Shown here piece after piece: positions 38,513-46,725 of a stretch of DNA of 64,000 bases (within the stretch, counting starts at the first letter, position 1; every line of letters starts with the position of its first letter). The stretch lies in the IMG/VR virus record IMGVR_UViG_3300028197_001695, positions 54,006-118,005 of that record, one strand, 5' to 3'. A program made the translations under genes and the position numbers. This DNA is from a virus. Under the pieces are notes generated by a model, which was given only the letters and a program-made list of their open reading frames with translations, was not told the origin of the DNA and did not search any database.

Positions 38513-38856
38513 GGAAGAGGAACGGAGGTTCCGCTAATAGTTGCCATTCCATATAACAACCTGTCAACACAACCATCAGATTTGATTAAAAATATATCGT
38601 AAGAACTATAAGCTGGCTCCATAGCTTGAGTATCAGAACTACTCAAAGACATTTTGGCAGCACCATTAACAGCATCAGTTTCAGAATAAGTGAAAGTTGC
38701 TTGAACCGCTTGATCATAATCACGATAAATCACTCCAGTCAAATAAACCTGATCTGTCCTTAAATCATAGGCCGTATTAGAGTCATCCTTTAAAGTTAAA
38801 GGAATGTCGAGACAAGCACCCTGCTCAATAACGATATCATATTTTGTCCCAGCCAT
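38509..38856 (-). CDS. BppU-N-like virion/baseplate protein
   Basis: YDIVIEQGA..SLSSSDT..YDIFL..DRLLYG pattern; GTGTAA 9 nt upstream (38866-38871). Confidence 0.55.
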   Translation of the reverse strand: MAGTKYDIVIEQGACLDIPLTLKDDSNTAYDLRTDQVYLTGVIYRDYDQAVQATFTYSETDAVNGAAKMSLSSSDTQAMEPAYSSYDIFLIKSDGCVDRLLYGMATISGTSVPLP

Positions 38857-38878
38857 TGTTTTATGTTACACTAATTAT

Positions 38879-39193
38879 CTATTTTTTTAAGAATTTATCA
38901 GGATTCTTTTCAAACTTCTTCGCTAATGCAATTACCCCGTTTATTATCTCTGGAGCTACTACTCCAACAATACCGTAAGAAATAGCCTTAATAAAATCAC
39001 TTATGGGAGCATCTTGCAAAACGAACCATAGAATTCCTGATAGGATAGCCGCAGCTACAACATTCCTCAAAAAAGACTTCACTGAAACATTGCCTTTGTA
39101 TGTCAGCATACGAGCAATCATGCCAGATGCACCAATTACAGGGATAACCCACCCACCATCTAAAAATTCTCTTATTAGATTTTTAAAATCCAT
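38879..39193 (-). CDS. Multi-TM membrane protein, holin-like (start revised to ATG 39193)
   Basis: About 3 hydrophobic segments and a basic C-terminus; GTGTAA 10 nt upstream (39204-39209). Confidence 0.55.
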   Translation of the reverse strand: MDFKNLIREFLDGGWVIPVIGASGMIARMLTYKGNVSVKSFLRNVVAAAILSGILWFVLQDAPISDFIKAISYGIVGVVAPEIINGVIALAKKFEKNPDKFLKK

Positions 39194-39241
39194 GTAAAAT
39201 ACATTACACCAAAAAATGTTTTTTGTGTATCTTATTTTAAG

Positions 39242-40462
39242 ATGGGTAAACATCGGAAAGACCTTACGGAAGCGAAAGCTTTTGCTGAAAAATATTGTAA
39301 TCCAGAAGATAGTAAAATCATCTCTGACTTAGACCGTCATGCAAGAGAAACAGCATGGGCTTTATTACAAAAAATTAAGCATTTAGAACAAAACTCTTGT
39401 GTTTGTGACGAGTGTGGTTCTGAAGTAGAAGACGAACCGGAAGAAGAGGTTAAAGTTGAAAAAAATAAAAACCAAGAAGTGAAGGCTGAAACCCCTGAAA
39501 CTTCTACTATGGACAAGCTATCTGAAATAGCTGAAAAGAATAAAGATATTTTAGATAAAGCTGCGAAAGGCACAGCGGCTGTAGCAGCGGCTGGAGCGAC
39601 AACTCAAACCGCAAGTGCAGCTACTGGGTTAACTGCTTTTGTACAAGAAACAGTTCAAAAAGTAGGGGCAATTGGAATGGCTGGCACTATGTCTATAGGT
39701 AGTGGAGCCTACTTCCAAGCAAAAACCACCAAAGAAAAGGGGACTGAGATAGCTGTCGTAGCAGAGCAAGAACATAACGTATTTTCAAATTTAAATGACT
39801 TTACTGAGACAACAATCGGATTCCAACCTTTTGGTGGTGTTACCGAAGCTATTGTAGAATATGCCGAAAAAGGTTATGGAGATGTTGTGGGTACGTCTGA
39901 AGAAGGCTACGAAGGAGGAGAAGGTGAAGAATCTGGTGGCGAAGAGGGAGAGGGCGAATCGTCAAATGAAGAAGCTTCTAACGAGGGAGAAGGAAATGAA
40001 GGCGAACCTACAGAAGAAAACAATGAAGAAGGAGAAGGAGAAGGGGAAGGAAAGGCCGTTAAAGAAGAAGAATCTGTAGAAACCGAAGAGGAGACAGAAG
40101 AAGAAAACGAAGGGGAAGAGACTGAAGAATCAGAAGAGGAATCTGAAGAAGAAGGAGAAGAGGAGGAACCCAAAGAAGAGGAGTCCGAAGAGGAATCCGA
40201 AGAGGAATCCGAAGGGGAATCCAAAGAAGAGACCGAAGAAGAGACCGAAGAGGAGGAGTCTGAAGATGAGGGAGAAGAAGTGGAGGAAGAATCTGAAGAG
40301 GGTGAGCCTGAAGAAAAAGAGGAGACTGAAGAACAGTCGGAAGAGGGCGAAAAGAAAAAAACAGATATTGAGAATTCAGAAGAAACATTCGAACTAGAAG
40401 AAGATGATCAAGTCACTCAAGTCCCTGATGTGATTAAACTCCCTAACATGATAAGAAAATAA
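39242..40462 (+). CDS. Protein with CxCxxC motif, Ala/Gly hydrophobic segment and very Glu-rich C-terminal half
   Basis: Translation; GTGTAT 11 nt upstream (39225-39230). Confidence 0.75.
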   Translation: MGKHRKDLTEAKAFAEKYCNPEDSKIISDLDRHARETAWALLQKIKHLEQNSCVCDECGSEVEDEPEEEVKVEKNKNQEVKAETPETSTMDKLSEIAEKNKDILDKAAKGTAAVAAAGATTQTASAATGLTAFVQETVQKVGAIGMAGTMSIGSGAYFQAKTTKEKGTEIAVVAEQEHNVFSNLNDFTETTIGFQPFGGVTEAIVEYAEKGYGDVVGTSEEGYEGGEGEESGGEEGEGESSNEEASNEGEGNEGEPTEENNEEGEGEGEGKAVKEEESVETEEETEEENEGEETEESEEESEEEGEEEEPKEEESEEESEEESEGESKEETEEETEEEESEDEGEEVEEESEEGEPEEKEETEEQSEEGEKKKTDIENSEETFELEEDDQVTQVPDVIKLPNMIRK

Positions 40463-40467
40463 TTATT

Positions 40468-40659
40468 ATGGAAGATTTATTTGAAAAAATACTCGCTCCT
40501 TACATGGGGTCAATGCCTGAGTTCATTATTTCTATCTTGGGTTTGCTAGGGACTCTTTCTTATATTGTCCCTGAAAATAGTAAGCTGGGTAGGTTATTAG
40601 GTAAGTTGACGGGGAATCTAACTAAACTTAAAAACTTTATACTAAAAAAGAAGAAATGA
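40468..40659 (+). CDS. Small single-TM protein with Lys-rich tail
   Basis: FIISILGLLGTLSYIV; KKKK C-terminus. Confidence 0.65.
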   Translation: MEDLFEKILAPYMGSMPEFIISILGLLGTLSYIVPENSKLGRLLGKLTGNLTKLKNFILKKKK

Positions 40660-41489
40660 AGCGCACACTCATAACTTTACTCTCAATTATTTCCGTAGCT
40701 AAATCTGCTATTATTACCTCTGTAGAAGGAAATGTATTCCTAATCAACCCTACAGAAAACCCTAATATCAACCCTGTAGTCAATATCCAAAGACCCATCC
40801 AGATCAGCAATGAGGAAGTTGTAGATATAACTGAAAGCGAAGATAAAAAAGAAGATTCAATTATTCCTTGGGATGCAGACGAAGAGGAAATTTATGATTT
40901 TTATGATGCTCCTAATTGGGATTTTTCAGAATCAGACTTGAAAGAGTTAGATCGAGATTCTGCTATCACTAGCATATTGACTATAACAGATGCCTTAATA
41001 CTTGAAGACAGTCCCTCTTATTCAAATATCGAGATTGGAGATGGGTTTTCAGTAACATTAAAGTCTACAGATTTTACTTTTCAAAAAAGCAATGGTTTCA
41101 CTGGAGTAAATGATGATGATAATGTATATTCAGTTTTAAATATAACTGAAGGGTCTAGTATGTATGCCATGTTTACTTCAATTGGTCTAAAGGTAAATGT
41201 AGATTCAACTAGCAGTTTGACTCTACGGGGAGTTGGAGACCCAATCAATAGTCAAATAGAAAGATCTATCGTTAATTTGTCTCCAAACGCGCAGCTCACT
41301 CTAGATTCAATAGAGGAGTTTTCAGAACAGGGTGATGATATTTATTTGAATGGCGTATCGTTCTCCCAAAACCCTTCTATCTTGAAATTTAATGGAACTA
41401 CTGCGACCGCTATTCCAGAAGCTTACTCAGCCCTGCTAAATGCTTTGCCTATAATTTTACTTTTAAGACGGAGGAATAGATTTAATTAA
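40656..41489 (+). CDS. Secreted protein with PEP-CTERM-like C-terminal sorting signal
   Basis: Signal peptide MKRTLITLLSIISVAKSA; C-terminus AIPEAYSALLNALPIILLLRRRNRFN (IPEx + hydrophobic helix + RRR). Confidence 0.75.
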   Translation: MKRTLITLLSIISVAKSAIITSVEGNVFLINPTENPNINPVVNIQRPIQISNEEVVDITESEDKKEDSIIPWDADEEEIYDFYDAPNWDFSESDLKELDRDSAITSILTITDALILEDSPSYSNIEIGDGFSVTLKSTDFTFQKSNGFTGVNDDDNVYSVLNITEGSSMYAMFTSIGLKVNVDSTSSLTLRGVGDPINSQIERSIVNLSPNAQLTLDSIEEFSEQGDDIYLNGVSFSQNPSILKFNGTTATAIPEAYSALLNALPIILLLRRRNRFN

Positions 41490-41734
41490 TCAAAAAGTTC
41501 TCTCTCTAGTTTCCTGAAGCGAGCATCTGAATGCCAAACCTCATCTATCTGAGGGGTGTAAACCCCTTCTTCAGTCTGAATCGGTTGACCCGCCTTGAGC
41601 TTTAATGAAGACGGTTGATATATGTTCAAAGTCGTCGTTTTCGGATTTGAGACGCTTCCGCAAGAGGTCAGCCCGATCAGAGGAGTTACTATCGCCAGCA
41701 GCCCGTAATTCTTCAATTTCGTTAATGAGTTCAT
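41486..41734 (-). CDS. Small lipoprotein (o-spanin/Rz1-like candidate)
   Basis: Basic N-terminus, hydrophobic core, lipobox LTSC; starts inside the upstream ORF in another frame. Confidence 0.6.
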   Translation of the reverse strand: MNSLTKLKNYGLLAIVTPLIGLTSCGSVSNPKTTTLNIYQPSSLKLKAGQPIQTEEGVYTPQIDEVWHSDARFRKLERELFD

Positions 41735-41837
41735 TTTTTATGTTTCTATGTTGATTTTTTATTTCAAAAAAAGCCAATCTATTCCTTAATTCAAGGTAAA
41801 GCTGTAGGCTCTTAGCTAGAGTTTTAATTAAAGACAT
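41571..41837 (-). CDS. Helical coiled-coil protein overlapping the lipoprotein gene (Rz-like candidate; start revised to ATG 41837)
   Basis: MSLIKTLAKSLQLYLELRN..., 164-nt overlap with 41486-41734. Confidence 0.5.
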   Translation of the reverse strand: MSLIKTLAKSLQLYLELRNRLAFFEIKNQHRNIKNELINEIEELRAAGDSNSSDRADLLRKRLKSENDDFEHISTVFIKAQGGSTDSD

Positions 41838-41847
41838 TATTCTTATT

Positions 41848-42648
41848 CTATATACACTCCAAAACCTGTTTCCACTCCATATCTCCAATCACAGACGTTA
41901 ACTTTGTGATATCTGCTTGAGTGAATTTTTGATATTGCCCTTTTAGTTTTTCTGGCATCGCGATCTGTTTCACTTTCGCTCCAGAGTTTTCTGCCATTTT
42001 ATCAGCAATAGCTTTAAAAGATATGGAATTGCCAGTACCAACATTGAAGATACCAGAATTATCATGATGGAGCATCCTATAATGCACCTCACAAATATCT
42101 TCCACATGGACAAAGTCTCTACTTGCTTTTCCTCTAAATACTTTGATCTCCCCATTTTCTTGAACTTCGTTAATGAATTTTGTAATAGGGCTAGCTTGAT
42201 CCCCTTTATGCTCTTCATGAGGTCCATACACATTAAAGTAACGGAACCCTTGATAGGGATGTTGCTCGTTCAAAAGCCAATTGTCAAACATATATTTACT
42301 ATACGCATAAGGGCTAAGAGGAACACAAAATTGATCTTCTTTAAAAGAGTCTGCTATGCCATATACCGAAGCACTGCTAGCGTATTGGAATTTAATGTCC
42401 ATATTGGCGCATAGCTGGTAAAGAGTGCCAGAGAATATAAAATTTTCATTTAATATCTTTTTTAAGTCGGTTTCTGTGGTGCTTGAATTAGCTCCAAGGT
42501 GAATAACCGCATCAATACCACTCAGAGGAGGTAAACTATTTCCAAACTTAATATCGTAAGGAATGACCTCTATTCCTCTTTTCTCAAGATAAGGACAAAG
42601 GTTCTTGCCAATAAAACCTTCGCTACCAGTAACTAATACCCTTCTCAC
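41848..42648 (-). CDS. hldD: ADP-L-glycero-D-manno-heptose 6-epimerase
   Basis: TGSEGFIG, HLGANSSTTE, YASSASVYG, PLSPYAYSK, FRYFNVYGPHEEHKGDQAS, YQKFTQADI. Confidence 0.88.
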   Translation of the reverse strand: MRRVLVTGSEGFIGKNLCPYLEKRGIEVIPYDIKFGNSLPPLSGIDAVIHLGANSSTTETDLKKILNENFIFSGTLYQLCANMDIKFQYASSASVYGIADSFKEDQFCVPLSPYAYSKYMFDNWLLNEQHPYQGFRYFNVYGPHEEHKGDQASPITKFINEVQENGEIKVFRGKASRDFVHVEDICEVHYRMLHHDNSGIFNVGTGNSISFKAIADKMAENSGAKVKQIAMPEKLKGQYQKFTQADITKLTSVIGDMEWKQVLECI

Positions 42649-42654
42649 AAAGGT

Positions 42655-42660
42655 ATTATA
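42655..42660 (-). promoter_or_regulatory. -10 box TATAAT 6 nt before GTG start of hldD
   Basis: Sequence; no clear -35 box. Confidence 0.5.
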
Positions 42661-43632
42661 TTAGAGATCGCCTTCGTCTTCTACAATTTCTTTTACTGAT
42701 TCTAAAAATGGATGTCCGTTCAACAAATCTTGATGCTCTGCAAAAGACTCATCGTCCCAGCACCACCGAGAGAATTCTTCGTTATCGTCCCAAGCGACAA
42801 CTTCTTCAGAAGCCATTGAACTGACAGGCTTTTTAGACCAGAATTTACAACTCCAGTAGCGGGGAGTAGTTTTGTCTTTAGCTGTGTCGCACTTATGACG
42901 AGCGCGGAAATTTCTGCGACGAGCTGGGTCATCACGCTTAATCTCCATATTAGGGTCACCAAATTTAACCATAATAACATTGCCAGTTTTGGGACTTTTC
43001 ACATAAACGCCAAACTTCTTTTTGCCATCCTTTAAGCGGAAAGGCTTATTTAAAGTTTTTTTCTCCGCTTCTGTATACTCAAGATCTTCGATCTCTTGAG
43101 TTGATTCTTCTAAAGCATCAACTCTTTGAAGATCGAAACGAGCTAAAGCAAAATCTAATTCATCAAAGTATACAAAAGCCAGACCTTGTTCTTCTAGGTG
43201 ATATTCCTCTGAACCCTTAGCGACATCTTGATCTGCTGCACGGTAAGACTTCTTAACTTTGCCTCCACTCACCATTTTTAAAAACATATTCACCCTAGCC
43301 ATCGCCCACTGACCTCTGGTCTTTCCAACACGATGACTAGAGCTAAATGCTCCCGCGCCTCTACGGTATATTTTTTTAAGTTGTGTAAGAGAAACTTTTT
43401 TAGAATGCTTCTCGTTGTGCTCCTTAACTTTATTTTTCAGAGCAGTCACTATTTTTTCTGAAAAAGCTATTTTCTTCCCGTCTTTCCCTGCGCTGCCTTT
43501 CTTGTTCTTACTAGAACCTTCTTTCCGCTCATCAGGCTTCGCTGGAGTTTGCGCTCCACTTTTAGGCCCAGATCGTTTAGCAGCTTGGGAATTTAGAAAT
43601 TCTTTAGCTTCTTTAGAAAAATCGTATTCCAT
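42661..43632 (-). CDS. Mosaic conserved phage protein
   Basis: LKKIYRRGAGAF..QWAMARVNMF and LNKPFR..KKFGVYVK..KFGDPNM..RRNFRARHKC..RYWSC domains recalled from aquatic phages; GTGTAA 9 nt upstream (43642-43647). Confidence 0.7.
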   Translation of the reverse strand: MEYDFSKEAKEFLNSQAAKRSGPKSGAQTPAKPDERKEGSSKNKKGSAGKDGKKIAFSEKIVTALKNKVKEHNEKHSKKVSLTQLKKIYRRGAGAFSSSHRVGKTRGQWAMARVNMFLKMVSGGKVKKSYRAADQDVAKGSEEYHLEEQGLAFVYFDELDFALARFDLQRVDALEESTQEIEDLEYTEAEKKTLNKPFRLKDGKKKFGVYVKSPKTGNVIMVKFGDPNMEIKRDDPARRRNFRARHKCDTAKDKTTPRYWSCKFWSKKPVSSMASEEVVAWDDNEEFSRWCWDDESFAEHQDLLNGHPFLESVKEIVEDEGDL

Positions 43633-43641
43633 CAAATGATG

Positions 43642-43830
43642 TTACACTTCTTTCTGAAAAACTTCTTTATAACTTTCAAGTTTTTCTTCTTCACTCATAT
43701 TTTCAAGCTTCCGATCAACCTCTTCTCTAACCAAAGTTGAGATTATGTCGATCAACTCTGCAAAAGTTAAGTTACTTGTAATATGATTTACAAGTGCTTC
43801 ATGAAGCTCTTGTTCCTGCTCTGAAGACAT
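43642..43830 (-). CDS. Hypothetical acidic protein
   Basis: ORF coupled to upstream stop. Confidence 0.55.
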   Translation of the reverse strand: MSSEQEQELHEALVNHITSNLTFAELIDIISTLVREEVDRKLENMSEEEKLESYKEVFQKEV

Positions 43831-44036
43831 TATTTCTGCAAAGCTTTACTCTTATAAATGCGAAGGTCTGGCTGAGTATCTTTCTCTTTAAATTTATTCT
43901 TAAAGATTACAATTTCAACTTTTTCCTCTCCGATTGTAAGATTGCCAGAATAAAAGGGCTTTTCGCCACCTTTACGCCATAAGGCTCCGATTTCACGCTC
44001 TGACCATTCACTGTTTGTTTTATTTTCTTCGTTCAT
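43830..44036 (-). CDS. Small DUF736-like / putative ssDNA-binding protein
   Basis: IGALW..FYSG..IFKNK..QPDLRI. Confidence 0.55.
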   Translation of the reverse strand: MNEENKTNSEWSEREIGALWRKGGEKPFYSGNLTIGEEKVEIVIFKNKFKEKDTQPDLRIYKSKALQK

Positions 44037-44182
44037 AAACTAATATAAGATTTAATTAAATGTTTTTTGTTGTGAGGGAGCTTAGTGTAGCGTTTTTTAA
44101 GACGCTTGTAAACTCTTTTCATAATTGGATCTGCTCGAAATGAAATCAAGCTTCTCAAATACCTTGATGTAGATCCGCTCAT
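44033..44182 (-). CDS. Small basic protein (49 aa, below cutoff)
   Basis: MSGSTSRYLRSLISFRADPIMKRVYKRLKKRYTKLPHNKKHLIKSYISL; TAATG and ATGA overlaps at both ends. Confidence 0.6.
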   Translation of the reverse strand: MSGSTSRYLRSLISFRADPIMKRVYKRLKKRYTKLPHNKKHLIKSYISL

Positions 44183-44394
44183 TAATTACTTGAATTAACT
44201 GAAGCCAAACTTGTTTTCGCTAAACGACGATTAAAACGAGCATTACGATCAAAAATGGTAATGTAGTCGTTTGTCTCTCCAAGGAACTGAGCATTCAGGG
44301 TTTCTCCTTGAGTCGTTTGAAGACCGAAGAACCGACCACGGGTTGCACGGATAAGTTTTAGAGCAGTTTTCTGCTTAGTATTTAATTTCATCAT
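44182..44394 (-). CDS. Hypothetical protein
   Basis: ORF with its own promoter. Confidence 0.6.
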   Translation of the reverse strand: MMKLNTKQKTALKLIRATRGRFFGLQTTQGETLNAQFLGETNDYITIFDRNARFNRRLAKTSLASVNSSN

Positions 44395-44400
44395 CGCGTT

Positions 44401-44428
44401 ATTGTAAGGGGAAATCTAGTTTTGTCAA
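44401..44428 (-). promoter_or_regulatory. sigma70-like leaderless promoter
   Basis: TTGACA-16-TACAAT-6 nt-ATG(44394). Confidence 0.8.
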
Positions 44429-46725
44429 CTAAGAAAACCCATTTCATCTAAATTTATTTTAGAGGCGTTTCCCGTCAACTCTTGACATATAAACTTATTA
44501 ATCTGGTCCTCGAAACGATCTTGGAAATCAACTAGGTTCTTAGAAGAACGAGCGAATTTCTTTAGAAAACTTAGTGTAAATAATACCTCTATATCGCTCA
44601 ATCTCAAATCTTCATTGATCTTCTGTATCTTATGATAAAGAATTCTAAATATGTCCTTTTTGCGAGCTTCATTTAATACTAAATTACAGTCAACTAGAGA
44701 TAATAATTCTTTAAAAATAGACGAGGTTGGAGACTCCTTGTCAGAGTTAAACCCCATTGATGAAGTGTCCTCTACTCCGCTAGTCACAAAAATTTTGACA
44801 TTAGAAAAGTCAGCTATATCTCCATTAGCCATTTGCAACTTCCCGTCCTTTAGTATTTGAGCAAATAAACTCTTAACAGACAAATGTAGCTTGTGGAAAT
44901 CGTCAATAATAATGACACTATTAGGATAGATATTAATCTTCTCACATAAAGAAGTGTTATTCATTATCTCTGGTAAGATTTTAAACTTAGCGAACTCATC
45001 TGAAAAATGAACTCCGCTGTAGCTTAAGATATTCACGCCACTCTTTTCCAGAGAGTCCTTCAAAGTCGAACAGAAAAAACTTTTGCCACTAGACTCAACT
45101 CCTGTAATACAATAAATGCTGGGAGCTGACCCTTTTTTATATATTCCATAATTAGATAGAGATATGGATTCGATAAGAGAATCAATAATTCTATTATTGC
45201 CTATAAACTTTTTCTTTAAACTCTCAGAGAGATCAGATAAAATTTTTGGCTTCCTCAGAGGGTTCTCCTTCTTTGAGAAGAAATCTTTAAGATGCTTCAT
45301 CCTAACTTCTGGAACTTCATCCTCCTTGTCTTCAGACCAGTCTGATAATTTTTCTGTTACAAATGATAATAATGATTCTGTCGAGGTTATATCTACATCG
45401 TTATCTTTTATTTGTTCTTGCAACTCTTTAAATGAAGTATCATTGCCCCAGTGGGAAACTTTCGCTTGCGCTCCACAATGATCAATTACGTCAATTGCTT
45501 TGTCTGGATAAAATTTATTTGGAAGATATTTTTCACAAAAAACAATAACATTGTCAATAAAGTTTTGAGTATAATTAACATTATGGAAGTCTTCGTAATA
45601 AGAGGTTATAGTAGGTAAAATTTCCTTCATCTGAAATTTAGAAGGCTCTTTGATAATAACCCTTTCAAAACGACGATCTAAAGCAGAGTCTTTTTTAATA
45701 GTGTTTGTATACTCGTTTATTGTAGTGGCTCCAATACAACTAATTGTGCCACGAGCAAGCTCTGGCTTGAGTATATTAGAAGCTTCTAGGGAGTTTTCTG
45801 TAGTTCCTCCAGCACCAACAAGAGTATGGACCTCGTCTATGAATAGAATAATATTTTCATACTTCTTAACTTCATCTACAAACTTCTCCAGCCTCTCTTC
45901 AAACTGACCACGATACTGTGTTCCAGCGACCATACTAGACAAACTAAGAGAGTAGATAACTTTATTCGCGATAAGCTCTGGAGCTTCACCATTTACAATT
46001 TTGGAAGCTAGACCCTCAATCAAAGAAGTTTTACCAGTTCCCGCTGGTCCCACTAAAATTGCGTTTGGCTTCTTCTTTCTGCAAAGAATAGTCGCTATCT
46101 CTGATATTTTGTCATCAAAGTCTACTATTTTATCAAATTCATGACGGGAGGCTTTTAAGTTTAAGTTTTCTGCGAACTGATCAAGGATTGGGTTTTCATC
46201 AAACATCCCAATCCATTTGCCAACTATATCCATAGAAATATCATCAGCAAAAGAATACTCTGATTCTCCCTCTGGTGCTACTTCTTCTTCGTCTTTTATA
46301 AAACGAGTTATAGACTCCACCATTAGATCTCTATCTTGTTCCTCAAGAACCCCAGAGAAAGCCTTCGGAGTGAACCCTTCACTCAAGAAACAAAGCAAAA
46401 TAGCTTCTGTGCTAACGTAATCTAATTCAAACAGCTCCTTCTGAATAAACTTACATTCATTTAGTAATTTATTTAATTTAGTGGAATATTTAGTAGAAAC
46501 AATTTTGTTAGACTTCTTCTTCTCGATGACCTTTTTAGATGCAATAAACAAAGCTTCCCTACAAAAAGATTCTTCAAGAAATTTCTCACAAGACAAGCTT
46601 AGGTCACTAATAAATGAATGAAAAAAAACATCTATATCAACCTTATTTCTCCCAAGGAATTCGTTTAAATCTTGAGCACCCTTAAGGATGCACTTTAATT
46701 GTGGAGTAAGTGGTAAGTCGTTCAT
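44425..46725 (-). CDS. clpC: ClpA/ClpC-type Hsp100 AAA+ unfoldase
   Basis: Clp-N-like region, GPAGTGKT, AGTQYRGQFEER, LFIDEVH, DSALDRRF, PDKAID, second NBD GVESSGKS, MGF loop. Confidence 0.85.
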   Translation of the reverse strand: MNDLPLTPQLKCILKGAQDLNEFLGRNKVDIDVFFHSFISDLSLSCEKFLEESFCREALFIASKKVIEKKKSNKIVSTKYSTKLNKLLNECKFIQKELFELDYVSTEAILLCFLSEGFTPKAFSGVLEEQDRDLMVESITRFIKDEEEVAPEGESEYSFADDISMDIVGKWIGMFDENPILDQFAENLNLKASRHEFDKIVDFDDKISEIATILCRKKKPNAILVGPAGTGKTSLIEGLASKIVNGEAPELIANKVIYSLSLSSMVAGTQYRGQFEERLEKFVDEVKKYENIILFIDEVHTLVGAGGTTENSLEASNILKPELARGTISCIGATTINEYTNTIKKDSALDRRFERVIIKEPSKFQMKEILPTITSYYEDFHNVNYTQNFIDNVIVFCEKYLPNKFYPDKAIDVIDHCGAQAKVSHWGNDTSFKELQEQIKDNDVDITSTESLLSFVTEKLSDWSEDKEDEVPEVRMKHLKDFFSKKENPLRKPKILSDLSESLKKKFIGNNRIIDSLIESISLSNYGIYKKGSAPSIYCITGVESSGKSFFCSTLKDSLEKSGVNILSYSGVHFSDEFAKFKILPEIMNNTSLCEKINIYPNSVIIIDDFHKLHLSVKSLFAQILKDGKLQMANGDIADFSNVKIFVTSGVEDTSSMGFNSDKESPTSSIFKELLSLVDCNLVLNEARKKDIFRILYHKIQKINEDLRLSDIEVLFTLSFLKKFARSSKNLVDFQDRFEDQINKFICQELTGNASKINLDEMGFLS

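Noticed and set aside
39907-40388. Antisense Ser/Pro/Leu-rich ORFs (also 3153-3395, 6846-7109 and similar)
   Set aside because: Shadows of low-complexity or stop-poor sense genes; no start context or motifs
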